NCBI GenBank assembly: GCA_017461745.1
Contig: JAFTXE010000059.1
Location: 7,304 to 71,303, forward strand
Length of the DNA: 64,000 bases
Source: Clostridia bacterium
GTDB taxonomy: Bacteria; Bacillota; Clostridia; Oscillospirales; CAG-272
Reading direction: 5' to 3'
Under the pieces are notes generated by a model. It was not told the DNA's origin and searched no databases. It was given only the letters and a program-made list of their open reading frames with translations. Of this stretch, positions 9,261-18,901 are shown in pieces; the stretch's first letter is position 1, and every line of letters begins with the position of its first letter. Both the position numbers and the translations under genes were made by a program.

Positions 9261-9656
9261 TTATTTAATCCACCATTCAGGAGTTATTTCACCGAGTTTT
9301 ACGGTTTTGCCCGTTGAATAATCGAGCATGATTTCTATATCATAATAATTTCCTGCCATAAGTTGAACCATAAGTTCACGGCAAGCACCGCAGGGTGCAC
9401 CGTTAGAACCATCGGGCAAAATACAAAGAACTTTGTCAATTTCCTGTTCACCGTTAGTAATCATATTAAAAATAGCATTTCTCTCTGCACAAATGCCAAG
9501 TGTTGAACAAGTGTCTATGCACACACCTGTGTATATCTTTCCTGATTTTGAACAGACCGCAGCCGATACTTCTCCGCAGGTGACATATTCCGAAATTCTG
9601 CGCTCATTTAATACCGCTTGGGCAGCTTCGTACATTTCAATCCATATCTTTTCCAT
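9261..9656 (-). CDS. Cytidine deaminase-like zinc protein (atypical)
   Basis: CAERNA and PCGACRE zinc motifs are present. The NIEN motif of cdd is absent. Start placed at MEKIW after RBS gagg. Confidence 0.8.
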   Translation of the reverse strand: MEKIWIEMYEAAQAVLNERRISEYVTCGEVSAAVCSKSGKIYTGVCIDTCSTLGICAERNAIFNMITNGEQEIDKVLCILPDGSNGAPCGACRELMVQLMAGNYYDIEIMLDYSTGKTVKLGEITPEWWIK

Positions 9657-9695
9657 AAGTAATAACCTCATCAAATTCTTATTTGTCGATATCTT

Positions 9696-9724
9696 ATTAT
9701 ATCATAAATTCAACATTTTTTCAA
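9696..9724 (-). promoter_or_regulatory. Sigma-A promoter of the deaminase gene
   Basis: Minus strand TTGAAA-17-TATAAT with TGa extension. Confidence 0.65.
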
Positions 9725-9846
9725 CCACATTATATAAGATAAGCATATTGACATTTGTATCGTATAATGTTATAATTATACTATGCAAAAGCATAAATAA
9801 ACGCTCTTTATTATTCACAATCTTTAAAATCTTATAATTTACAGAG

Positions 9847-10683
9847 GTGAAAATGATAACTCACGTTCCCTGCCTCATTGCTCCGTGTCTGTCTATAACC
9901 GAGCTATACACTTTTTTTAATATACGCTATCCTCAGAATTTTTATTTTAAGGGAGAGCGGCACGACTTTTTTGAGGTCGTTTGTGTTCTTGACGGCAAGG
10001 TAGGCGTTACTGCCGATAAAAACATATTTATTCTTTCGGAGGGACAAATGATAATTCACCCTTCAAATGAATTTCACGCTATCTGGGCTGCGGACGACTA
10101 CAAGCCCGAGGTTATTATTTTTTCGTTTTCCGCAAGCGAATTTCCCGATATTTCGAGATACGTATGGGATATATCACAAGGGCAAATGGCAGAGCTACGC
10201 GATATTTTTTATCTTTTTGGGCAATCCTTTGACATAAAAAAAATAGCCGTAAAGGAAATACGCCCAGAAATGAAACTTCATGCGGCAGTAGCTGTCAAGC
10301 GGCTGGAATTATTTATGCTCAACGTCTTTTCCTCGCCCGAAACGCAACAATCCGTTATTATGCCGACTAAGTCCGAAGCTTACACAAGGATACTGACGGC
10401 AATGGAAAATAATCTCTCACGCGCTCTCACGGTTGACGAGCTTTCACGGATATGTAACATGAGCGTTCCCGCGCTTGAAAAGACCGTTTACAAATACCTT
10501 CACTGCGGTGCTATTTCTCATTTCAACGCTTTAAAAATGAAAAAAGCGACTGAGCTTCTATCCGAAGGAAAGAATGTCAACGAGACCGCATTTGCATTGG
10601 GCTTTGCAAATCAGAACTACTTCAGCACCGCATTCAAAAAGTATTACGGATATCCCCCCTCAAAGCTAAAAAAATCATTATAA
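9847..10683 (+). CDS. AraC family transcriptional regulator
   Basis: N-terminal cupin (GERHDFFEVVCV) and C-terminal HTH (ETAFALGFANQNYFSTAFKKYYGYPP). GTG start after agagg. Confidence 0.92.
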   Translation: MKMITHVPCLIAPCLSITELYTFFNIRYPQNFYFKGERHDFFEVVCVLDGKVGVTADKNIFILSEGQMIIHPSNEFHAIWAADDYKPEVIIFSFSASEFPDISRYVWDISQGQMAELRDIFYLFGQSFDIKKIAVKEIRPEMKLHAAVAVKRLELFMLNVFSSPETQQSVIMPTKSEAYTRILTAMENNLSRALTVDELSRICNMSVPALEKTVYKYLHCGAISHFNALKMKKATELLSEGKNVNETAFALGFANQNYFSTAFKKYYGYPPSKLKKSL

Positions 10684-10727
10684 AAAATGAGTTGAAGCTC
10701 CAAACGGTGCTTCAACTCAAATTTTTT
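10682..10727. terminator. Bidirectional terminator between convergent genes
   Basis: tgagttgaagc (10688-98) pairs with gcttcaactca (10709-19), flanked by A and T runs. Confidence 0.85.
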
Positions 10728-10728
10728 G

Positions 10729-11217
10729 TCAGTTTTTCTTTTTGCCCGCAATTGCGCCGATTACAGAAAGTATTCCGTTGATTATAAGGAACACGCCTGC
10801 CACAGTAACCGTCAGAGAAATTGCGGTTCCGCTGCTTGTTATCAGGAATATTGCCGCAACAATGCATATCAGCGGCTCTATGATGCTGAGAATTATTGCC
10901 CAAAGCTTCATGCCGCGTTTTTTTCCAACGAGTCTTTTAACAAAATTGAATACACCGTATATCAAAAGAACTATTCCAATAATAGTCAGCGCTACGTCTA
11001 TCAAAAGCCAACCTATAACCAGAACGGCTACGCCAAGCACAGCCTTAATAACTCCCGATATTATGCTCAGGCGGATAATATCGAGTATTGCCATAATAAC
11101 GAGTGCCACACCGAAGATTGTAAGACAAATTCCGACGACTTCCTCCTTCATAATAACGAACAAAATTCCAAGAATCAAGGTCATTGCCGCGGAAATAAAT
11201 TGAGATAATCTTTTCAT
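10729..11217 (-). CDS. DUF308/HdeD-like multi-pass membrane protein
   Basis: Six short hydrophobic helices with GxxxI repeats. Start placed at MKRLSQ after aaggag. Confidence 0.65.
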   Translation of the reverse strand: MKRLSQFISAAMTLILGILFVIMKEEVVGICLTIFGVALVIMAILDIIRLSIISGVIKAVLGVAVLVIGWLLIDVALTIIGIVLLIYGVFNFVKRLVGKKRGMKLWAIILSIIEPLICIVAAIFLITSSGTAISLTVTVAGVFLIINGILSVIGAIAGKKKN

Positions 11218-11234
11218 GTTTTTCTCCTTTTGGA

Positions 11235-13409
11235 TCAATTTTCAAGCGTAAAGCTCTTGGTAAGCAAAAGATTATCTGCGCATCCTGTTGAAAGCGTAAA
11301 TTCTCCTGCCTCAGAAATAAAGTTACATTCAGCGTCGTAGAATCGAAGCATGGTTTCTTTTACGGTAAAGGTAACCGTCTTTCTTTCTCTTGCGCCAAGC
11401 TCTATCTTTTCAAATCCGATAAGCGACTGAATGGGACGCACGGTGGATGCCCAAAGGTCGTGCATATAAAGCTGTACGACTTCTTTTCCAACCACGTCAC
11501 TATCATTATATACGGTGATGCTTACTTTTATTTCAGAATCCTTTGTCATAGTAGTCTTATCAAGCTCCAGCGTCTCGTACACGAAGTTGGAGTACGACAG
11601 ACCGTGACCGAAGGGATACAAAGGAAGGTTTCCTTCACCGATATAATTGGACGCATATCCCTGATGGACCTCCTCGGGCGTCATCTTGGGACGACCCGTT
11701 GAGGGATGATTATAGTATATCGGGCACTGACCGAGTGCCTTGGGGAAGCTCATGGGAACTTTACCCGAGGGGTTAGCGTCACCAAAGAGAAGTCTTGCGA
11801 CTGCGTTTCCGCCCTCGCTTCCTGGCCACCACATCTCAAGTATTGCGGGAGCGTGGCTGTCAAGAGCCTTGAGCACCAAGGGTCTGCCGCTGAATACAAC
11901 TGCCGCGGTATTGGGAGTAGCCGCCGTTATAAGCTTTGCAAGCTCGTCTTGGACGCCCGTAAGGCAGATATCTATTCGGCTATTGCCCTCTCCGCTGTAT
12001 TTCTGATATTCACCAAGGCACAGCACTACCGCGTCTGCGCTCTTCGCTAACTCTACTGCCTCGTCAAAGCCGCTTCTATCGAAGTTATCCCATTCAACTC
12101 CGCAGCCCTGCGCGGTAACTACCTCGGCATTTGGAAGAAGATTCTTGATACCTTGGTAAACGGTGATACAATCCTCGTTCTCTCCGTTACACGACCAAGA
12201 GCCCTTCATTTCGTTAGTGGTTGCCAACGGTCCGATAACGGCTATTTTCTTTACGCTCTTTGAGAAAGGCAACACACCGTTATTCTTAAGCAATACGGCA
12301 CAGCCTTCAGCCGCCCTTCTGGATATTGCTCTATGCTCGGAGGTCAAGCACACTGCGGCTTCCTTTTCTACGGACGCACCGTGATAGGGGTCTTCGAAAA
12401 GTCCCAGGCGCTTTTTAAGCTCAAGCACCTTGAGAGCCGCATTGTCTATCATTTTCTCAGAAAATCGTCCTTCTCTTACGAGGTCTGCAAGATGATTTAT
12501 GTATGCCGAGGACATCATTTCGATATCACAGCCACAATCGAACGCCATTTCAGCGCCCTTCTTCATGTCGTCTGTAATACCGTGCTTTTTAAGCTCGCCT
12601 ATAGCGTTATAGTCACTTATAACTACGCCTTCAAAGCCCCATTCTTCCTTCAATACTTTTTTCATAAGCCACTTATTTGCTATGGACGGTACTCCGTTAA
12701 GTGAGTTAAAGGACGGCATAAGCATAGTAACGCCCGCATCGATGCAAGCCTTATATGCGGGGAAATAATACTCACGCAAAAGTCTTTCGGATATCTCAAC
12801 TGTATTATAGTCTCTTCCCGCCTCTGCTCCACCGTAAGCCGCAAAGTGCTTTACACAGGTTGCAAGTCTGTCATCGTCTGAAAGGTCGTCGCCTTGAAAG
12901 GCTTTTACCTGAGCCGCACCCATAACGCTATTGAGGTATGGGTCTTCTCCGCAGCTCTCCATAACTCTGCCCCAACGGGCGTCACGCACGTAATCGACCA
13001 TAGGAGTAAATGTTACGTGAACTCCGCCTGCTGACGCCTCCTTAGCCGCCATTTCAGAGCATTCCTTTACTAACTCGGGGTCAAAGGACGCTCCAAGTCC
13101 CAGGGGAATGGGATAAATCGTACGATAGCCATGGATAACGTCCATCATAAACAGCATAGGAATATGGTTTCTGTCCTCCTTCATATGCTTATCCTGAAGC
13201 GCTATGACCTCACCCGCGCCTTTAAAGTTCAGTGTGCTTCCGACGTTCTTAAGCTGTTCGGAGCTCACGCCGAGTTTTTCAAGCGGACCCGTTATTTCAG
13301 CCGCGCTACTTCCAAACAGAGATGCGTTAAACTGAACGAGCTGTCCTATTTTTTCCTCAAGTGTCATTTGTGAAAGCAACTTATTAACATCAAAACTCGA
13401 TTTAGCCAT
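11235..13409 (-). CDS. bglX: GH3 beta-glucosidase (BglX-like)
   Basis: DVIHG, RDARWGR, CVKHFAAYG, nucleophile VVISDY, PFGHGLSY, C-terminal Fn3-like GKEVVQLY. Confidence 0.93.
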   Translation of the reverse strand: MAKSSFDVNKLLSQMTLEEKIGQLVQFNASLFGSSAAEITGPLEKLGVSSEQLKNVGSTLNFKGAGEVIALQDKHMKEDRNHIPMLFMMDVIHGYRTIYPIPLGLGASFDPELVKECSEMAAKEASAGGVHVTFTPMVDYVRDARWGRVMESCGEDPYLNSVMGAAQVKAFQGDDLSDDDRLATCVKHFAAYGGAEAGRDYNTVEISERLLREYYFPAYKACIDAGVTMLMPSFNSLNGVPSIANKWLMKKVLKEEWGFEGVVISDYNAIGELKKHGITDDMKKGAEMAFDCGCDIEMMSSAYINHLADLVREGRFSEKMIDNAALKVLELKKRLGLFEDPYHGASVEKEAAVCLTSEHRAISRRAAEGCAVLLKNNGVLPFSKSVKKIAVIGPLATTNEMKGSWSCNGENEDCITVYQGIKNLLPNAEVVTAQGCGVEWDNFDRSGFDEAVELAKSADAVVLCLGEYQKYSGEGNSRIDICLTGVQDELAKLITAATPNTAAVVFSGRPLVLKALDSHAPAILEMWWPGSEGGNAVARLLFGDANPSGKVPMSFPKALGQCPIYYNHPSTGRPKMTPEEVHQGYASNYIGEGNLPLYPFGHGLSYSNFVYETLELDKTTMTKDSEIKVSITVYNDSDVVGKEVVQLYMHDLWASTVRPIQSLIGFEKIELGARERKTVTFTVKETMLRFYDAECNFISEAGEFTLSTGCADNLLLTKSFTLEN

Positions 13410-13410
13410 T

Positions 13411-14241
13411 TTATTCCTCCCGAATTAAAATTTTTTCTATATTTTTCCCTTTATAAATATTCAGCGTCTTAATACCGAAAGCTTTGGCGTACTCCACGGC
13501 TTCATCAAAATAAAATGTTATATTTTCTTTATTATGACAATCGCTCGTGATTATGACCTCAGCACCCCTCTCTGCCATTCTTTTCAGAATAAAGCCTTCG
13601 GGGTAAGGTGTCGTTCTCCAGCCTCTTGATATAGCCCCCGTGTTTATCTCGAACAGCTTATTCTCGGGTATAAGCGCGTCAAGAGCCTCAAAGACTATTT
13701 TTTTGTATTCGTCTGATTGGACATCGAAGATATGATGCTTTTCATTGAATTTGGTTATGAGGTCGAAGTGTCCTATTATATCGCACTTCGTCTTATTAAC
13801 CACGTCTGCAACGAGCGCGTAATAATCCTTTACGAATGCCATAGCGTTACCGCCGTAAAATTTTTGTATTCCGTTGCTCAGTGCATCGGGGGACAAGTCG
13901 ACGTCAATTCTGTTCCCCTTCACTACCACCGCATGAACAGAGCCAATGATATAATCAAAATTCTCTGTCAACGGCTCTGAGTAATAATCCTGCTCGATAC
14001 CGAGAAGTATATGTATTCTATCAGAGTACACTCTCTTCAAGCGAGTTATTTCCTCGACGTACGTTTTCTGTCCCTCGCGGCTCATTACCCAATCCGACGA
14101 ACCTTCGCCCTCGATATATGAATGTCCAGAAAATCCGAGGGTATGACACCCCGCCTTTATAGCACTCAACACCATCTCCTCAGCGGAATTCGCTCCATCG
14201 CAGAAGGTGGTGTGTGTGTGAAGATTACTTCCAAGTATCAC
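13411..14241 (-). CDS. hisK: Histidinol phosphatase, PHP family
   Basis: [34 protein letters not shown]. Last gene of the his cluster. Confidence 0.85.
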   Translation of the reverse strand: MILGSNLHTHTTFCDGANSAEEMVLSAIKAGCHTLGFSGHSYIEGEGSSDWVMSREGQKTYVEEITRLKRVYSDRIHILLGIEQDYYSEPLTENFDYIIGSVHAVVVKGNRIDVDLSPDALSNGIQKFYGGNAMAFVKDYYALVADVVNKTKCDIIGHFDLITKFNEKHHIFDVQSDEYKKIVFEALDALIPENKLFEINTGAISRGWRTTPYPEGFILKRMAERGAEVIITSDCHNKENITFYFDEAVEYAKAFGIKTLNIYKGKNIEKILIREE

Positions 14242-14885
14242 TTTGTCATTTTCTCCTGCTTGACCTTATGGTCTATAACGTGTCTTGAAGCAAGCTCCTT
14301 CTTTATATCGTCAAGAGAAATTCCCATTTCTATCATGAGAACCATTACGTGATAAACGAGGTCCGCTATCTCATAGATAGTCTCAGCCTTATCGTCAGCC
14401 TTACCCGCGATAATTACCTCCGTGCATTCCTCGCCTACCTTTTTGAGAATCTTATCTATTCCCTTCTCAAATAGGTACGTAGTATAAGAGCCCTCTTTCT
14501 TCTCTATCTTTCTGCCCTCTATTACCTTCATGAGCGCATCGAGTGAAAATTCCTCGTCCTCACCCGTATATACCACCTCGTTGAAGCAAGAGTCAGCACC
14601 CGTATGGCAAGCGGGTCCGTCCTTATACACGGTAACCGTCAGCGCATCTCTGTCACAGTCCGTGACTATTGATACGATGTGCTGCTTATTGCCCGAGGTC
14701 TCTCCCTTTCTCCAAAGGCACTTGCGGGAGCGCGACCAGAAGCAAGTCGTTCCCTCCTCCATGCTTATTTTCAAGGACTCCGCGTTCATATAAGCTACGG
14801 TCAGAACCTTCTTGGATATTGCGTCCACCACTACTGCGGGGATAAGACCGTTTTCGTCAAATTTTAGCTGATTTATTTCCAACAT
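14238..14885 (-). CDS. hisIE: Bifunctional PR-AMP cyclohydrolase / PR-ATP pyrophosphatase
   Basis: [42 protein letters not shown]. Confidence 0.96.
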   Translation of the reverse strand: MLEINQLKFDENGLIPAVVVDAISKKVLTVAYMNAESLKISMEEGTTCFWSRSRKCLWRKGETSGNKQHIVSIVTDCDRDALTVTVYKDGPACHTGADSCFNEVVYTGEDEEFSLDALMKVIEGRKIEKKEGSYTTYLFEKGIDKILKKVGEECTEVIIAGKADDKAETIYEIADLVYHVMVLMIEMGISLDDIKKELASRHVIDHKVKQEKMTK

Positions 14886-14898
14886 TTTTATACCTCTG

Positions 14899-15657
14899 TT
14901 ATAATCTTACGTTAATATTTTTTGCCGCCAAGGTCGATTTAAGCTCATTTATGCTGACCTCGCCGAAATGGAATATAGATGCGGCAAGTCCCGCATCGAC
15001 CTTGGGAAGCGTATTAAAGAGAGTCACGAAATCGTCAATGCAGCCCGCTCCTCCCGATGCTATTACGGGTACGCTTACCGCCTCGCAGACGGCATCAAGC
15101 ATTTCAATATCAAAGCCCTTCTTCACTCCGTCCGTATCTATGCTGTTTACGACAACCTCGCCCGCTCCGTTTGCCACGCAGCGTTTTATCCACGAGATAG
15201 CCTCCATACCCGTGTTTTCACGTCCGCCCTTTGCGAACACACGGAAAACTCCGTCCACTCTTTTTATATCTACGGAAAGCACTACGCACTGGTCGCCGTA
15301 CTTTTTTGCCGCCTCGCCTATGAGGTCGGGATTACGAATAGCGCCCGAGTTTACGCTGACCTTATCAGCGCCGCATTTAAGCACTCTGTCAAAATCGTCA
15401 ATGGTATTGATACCGCCGCCGACCGTCAGCGGAATAAAAACTTTACTTGCCGTCTCTCTGAGAATATCAGTAAACAGAGCGCGTCCCTCAAAGGAAGCCG
15501 TAATATCGTAGAACACAAGCTCGTCCGCTCCGCATTCGCTATAGTATTCTGCCAAGGAAACGGGCGAGGACACATCGGAAAGTCCCTCAAAGTTGACGCC
15601 CTTTACCACTCTTCCGTTTCTTACGTCAAGGCAAGGAATAATTCTCTTTGCTATCAT
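14899..15657 (-). CDS. hisF: Imidazole glycerol phosphate synthase cyclase subunit
   Basis: [35 protein letters not shown]. Confidence 0.97.
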   Translation of the reverse strand: MIAKRIIPCLDVRNGRVVKGVNFEGLSDVSSPVSLAEYYSECGADELVFYDITASFEGRALFTDILRETASKVFIPLTVGGGINTIDDFDRVLKCGADKVSVNSGAIRNPDLIGEAAKKYGDQCVVLSVDIKRVDGVFRVFAKGGRENTGMEAISWIKRCVANGAGEVVVNSIDTDGVKKGFDIEMLDAVCEAVSVPVIASGGAGCIDDFVTLFNTLPKVDAGLAASIFHFGEVSINELKSTLAAKNINVRL

Positions 15658-16379
15658 TCAGCGCTCCTTCCCGCCTCTGCTATTGCGTCGGCAAGGTCAA
15701 CCGCTCCCGTATAGAGCGCTTTACCGAGAATTGCACCGTAGATATCCATACGGGCAAGTGAGCGAACGTCGTCAAGCGACGACACGCCGCCCGATGCGAT
15801 GATATTCATGCCGAAACGACCCGAAAGCTCACGGTAAAGCTCAAGATTTGTTCCCGACATCATTCCGTCCTTGGAGATATCCGTGCAAATTACCGTCTTA
15901 ACTCCCATAGCCGCCAGCTTCTCGCAAAAGTCAAAGCAAGCAAGCTCAGAGGTCTCAAGCCAGCCCTTTATAGCTACGTAGCCGTCCTTTACGTCAACTC
16001 CTACCACTATTCTTTCGCCGTACAGCTTAACAGCCTCCTCCAAGAATTCGGGATCAGTTACCGCCGCCGTACCGATAATAATACGGTCAACGCCGATATC
16101 GACGTATTTTTTTACTCTTTCGATATCCCGCACTCCGCCGCCGATTTCAACGGAAAGCCCCGTGGTATCGATTATTCTTTTTACTGTATCAAAGTTTGCG
16201 GTAGTTCCGTCCTTAGCACCGTCGAGATCGACCACGTGCAAAAGCTTTGCGCCTGCCGCCTCAAATTGCTTTGCTACCTCTGCGGGCTCGTCGTTATAAA
16301 CGGTAACCTTGTTATAGTCTCCCTTCATAAGTCTTACCGCTTTTCCGCCTATCAGATCAATAGCGGGAATTATATACAT
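15654..16379 (-). CDS. hisA: ProFAR isomerase
   Basis: IIPAIDL, LHVVDLDGA, EIGGGVR, TDISKDGMMSG, GKALY. Confidence 0.97.
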   Translation of the reverse strand: MYIIPAIDLIGGKAVRLMKGDYNKVTVYNDEPAEVAKQFEAAGAKLLHVVDLDGAKDGTTANFDTVKRIIDTTGLSVEIGGGVRDIERVKKYVDIGVDRIIIGTAAVTDPEFLEEAVKLYGERIVVGVDVKDGYVAIKGWLETSELACFDFCEKLAAMGVKTVICTDISKDGMMSGTNLELYRELSGRFGMNIIASGGVSSLDDVRSLARMDIYGAILGKALYTGAVDLADAIAEAGRSAE

Positions 16380-16425
16380 ATGCTCCTCCTTAAAGGGTTA
16401 AATAATGGTTTGCACAATCCCACTT

Positions 16426-16610
16426 TGAAAGTTTTTAATTGAACTTTTTTCAAAAAGTTCACGAGGTCAAGGGAGAGAAGCCCTTGTCGCTTAATGCAGT
16501 GAGCGAAATCCCTTACACGCATGGATGTTTCGCCCGTTGCTACGGGCAACCAAAGGCGCCGCCTTTGGAAACTGCAAGTTTTTTGAAAAAAACTTGACTA
16601 AAAACTTTCA
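16426..16610. repeat. MITE/REPIN-like multi-hairpin element between hisH and hisA
   Basis: Perfect 12-bp terminal inverted repeats tgaaagttttta (16426-37) and taaaaactttca (16599-610), plus five internal hairpins. Confidence 0.7.
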
Positions 16611-16625
16611 TAAGGGGGAAGCGTG

Positions 16626-17237
16626 TTATATCTCACAGAACGCTTTGAGTATTCCAAGTCCTACTTTTCCGCTTTTTTCGGGGTGAAACTGACAGCCCCA
16701 CACGTTTCCTTGTCTTACCGCCGCCGTGATGGGTTTACCGTATTCCGCCGTGGCTATGAGTGCTTCGTCACAGCCCGTAGCGTAATAGGAATGAACGAAA
16801 TAAACGAAGTCTCCCTCGTTGACGTATTTGAAAAGCTCGTCCTTCTCTCCAACGAAGTCAAGCTTATTCCAGCCCATATGCGGTATTTTCAGCTCTGAGG
16901 GGATATTTCCCGACATCGCTACTACCTCGCCTTTTATAAGTCCGAGTCCTTTATGCTCTCCGTACTCATAGCTCTTATCAAAGAGCATTTGCATACCGAG
17001 GCATATTCCCATAAGCGCTTTGCCGTCTTGAACCTCTGAGAGCACGACTTTATCAAGTCCGCTTTCCCTGAGCTTGCGCGCGGCGTCCTCAAACGCGCCG
17101 ACACCCGGAAGAATAATTCTGTCAGCTTTTTTTATAACGCTTTCGTCAGACGTGACGACCGCCTGTTCGCCAATCCTTGAAAAAGAGCTTTTCAGCGAAA
17201 AAAGATTTCCTATTCCGTAATCAATTATTGCTATCAT
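16626..17237 (-). CDS. hisH: Imidazole glycerol phosphate synthase glutaminase subunit
   Basis: IDYGIGN, ILPGVGAF, GICLGMQ, FVHSY, QFHPEKS. Confidence 0.97.
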   Translation of the reverse strand: MIAIIDYGIGNLFSLKSSFSRIGEQAVVTSDESVIKKADRIILPGVGAFEDAARKLRESGLDKVVLSEVQDGKALMGICLGMQMLFDKSYEYGEHKGLGLIKGEVVAMSGNIPSELKIPHMGWNKLDFVGEKDELFKYVNEGDFVYFVHSYYATGCDEALIATAEYGKPITAAVRQGNVWGCQFHPEKSGKVGLGILKAFCEI

Positions 17238-17824
17238 GCGAGAGTACCCTTTGTTGAAGGTATTTTATCGGCGTTTGCGCTATCAATTGCCACTGCCGCC
17301 TTAAGCGCTCTTGCCAAGGATTTGAACGCTCCTTCAATTATGTGGTGCGAGTTAGTTCCCGCCATCTGAATTACGTGCACGGTCATTCTTGCATTGCGTA
17401 CAAATCCAAGTAAAAATTCTTCAACGAGCTCGGTATCAAAGTCTCCGACCTTTTCCGTTGGAATCTTCAAGCCGTAAGCAAGATGATCGCGTCCCGAAAT
17501 ATCCACCGCGGTCATGATAAGTGCCTCATCCATGGGAAGCGTCATATTTCCGTAACGGCAAATGCCCTTACGGTCTCCGAGAGCCTCAGCAAAGGCTTTT
17601 CCAAGACAAATGCCTATATCCTCTACGCTGTGATGATAATCAACGTTTACGTCGCCCTTACATTCAACGTTAAGGTCAAAGCTTCCGTGAGACGCAAAAA
17701 GTGTCAGCATATGGTCAAGAAAACCACAGCCCGTATTTATATTTGAGTTTCCTTTACCGTCAAGCTCTATCGAAAGTCTGATATCCGTCTCGGCGGTCTT
17801 TCTGTCTATAGAATATTTTCTCAT
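17234..17824 (-). CDS. hisB: Imidazoleglycerol-phosphate dehydratase
   Basis: RKTAETDI, GFLDHML, DYHHSVED, PMDEAL, NSHHIIE. Confidence 0.97.
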   Translation of the reverse strand: MRKYSIDRKTAETDIRLSIELDGKGNSNINTGCGFLDHMLTLFASHGSFDLNVECKGDVNVDYHHSVEDIGICLGKAFAEALGDRKGICRYGNMTLPMDEALIMTAVDISGRDHLAYGLKIPTEKVGDFDTELVEEFLLGFVRNARMTVHVIQMAGTNSHHIIEGAFKSLARALKAAVAIDSANADKIPSTKGTLA

Positions 17825-18900
17825 TTTGAGTTCTCCTTTTCATTAAGGATATCCGCAGTTACATCAAGCAGCTTGTCCATCTGCTCTCTCGTTCCCACGG
17901 TTATACGGTTATACTGGCAAATAGCATTTGCGGTAAAGTGGCGGACGAGAATTCCTCTTGCCTTCAATTTCAGATAGAGCTCCTCACCGTCAATACGCTC
18001 GCTCTTGGCAAATATGAAGTTTGCCTTTGAGGGCGTTACCTCAAAGCCAAGCTCGACGAGCTTCTTCTGAGTATACTCACGGTTCTCCGCAACTGTTTTA
18101 CAGTTATTGACGTAATACTCGTTATCCTTAATTGCCTCTATACCAGCAAGCATGGTCAATCGGTTTATGTTATACGGATTAGTTGAATACTTTATCTTTT
18201 CAAGGTCTGCTATAAGCCCTTCGTTACCTATCGCAAAGCCAAGTCTTGCTCCTGCCATGGAGCGTGATTTTGAATAGGTGCAGACTACGAGAAGATTATC
18301 GTACTTCTTGGTAAGCGCTACAGAGCTTTCAGCACCGAAATCAACGTATGCTTCGTCTATCAGCACCACTCTGTCGGGATTTGCCTTGTCGATTTCTTCC
18401 ACGTCTGCTCTGCTGAGCGCAATTCCCGTGGGAGCGTTTGGGTTGGCGATGACCACATTCGCGTCGTTACCAAAGTAATCTTCGATATTTATACTGAAAT
18501 CGTTCGCAAGGTCTACCGTTTTATACTTCACGCCGTAAAGCTCAGCGTAGACCTTATAAAAGCCGTATGATATCGAAGGAAATTTTACGGGATGCTCATC
18601 GTCGTTACAAAACGCCATAAAAAAGAAGTTCAGTATGTCATCAGAGCCGTTGGATATAAAGACATTTTTTCTCTCTACACCGTAAAGCCCTGCCAATGCG
18701 TCCTTGAGGGAGTTTCCCGTTGGGTCGGGATAAAGATTCAGCTTGGACACTTCCTCTGCTGATATCGCTTTCAAGACGCTCTGTGAGGGCGGAAACGGTG
18801 ATTCGTTGGTATTGAGCTTGATATATTTCATATCCGTGGGTTGTTCCCCGGGGGTATACGCCTCAAGCTCTTGAAATTTCTTATTGATAAAGCGACTCAT
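17821..18900 (-). CDS. hisC: Histidinol-phosphate aminotransferase
   Basis: KLNTNESPF, YPDP, NGSDD, NPNAPTG, DEAYVDF, TYSKSRSMAGARLG. Start placed after RBS gaggag. Confidence 0.96.
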   Translation of the reverse strand: MSRFINKKFQELEAYTPGEQPTDMKYIKLNTNESPFPPSQSVLKAISAEEVSKLNLYPDPTGNSLKDALAGLYGVERKNVFISNGSDDILNFFFMAFCNDDEHPVKFPSISYGFYKVYAELYGVKYKTVDLANDFSINIEDYFGNDANVVIANPNAPTGIALSRADVEEIDKANPDRVVLIDEAYVDFGAESSVALTKKYDNLLVVCTYSKSRSMAGARLGFAIGNEGLIADLEKIKYSTNPYNINRLTMLAGIEAIKDNEYYVNNCKTVAENREYTQKKLVELGFEVTPSKANFIFAKSERIDGEELYLKLKARGILVRHFTANAICQYNRITVGTREQMDKLLDVTADILNEKENSK

Positions 18901-18901
18901 A

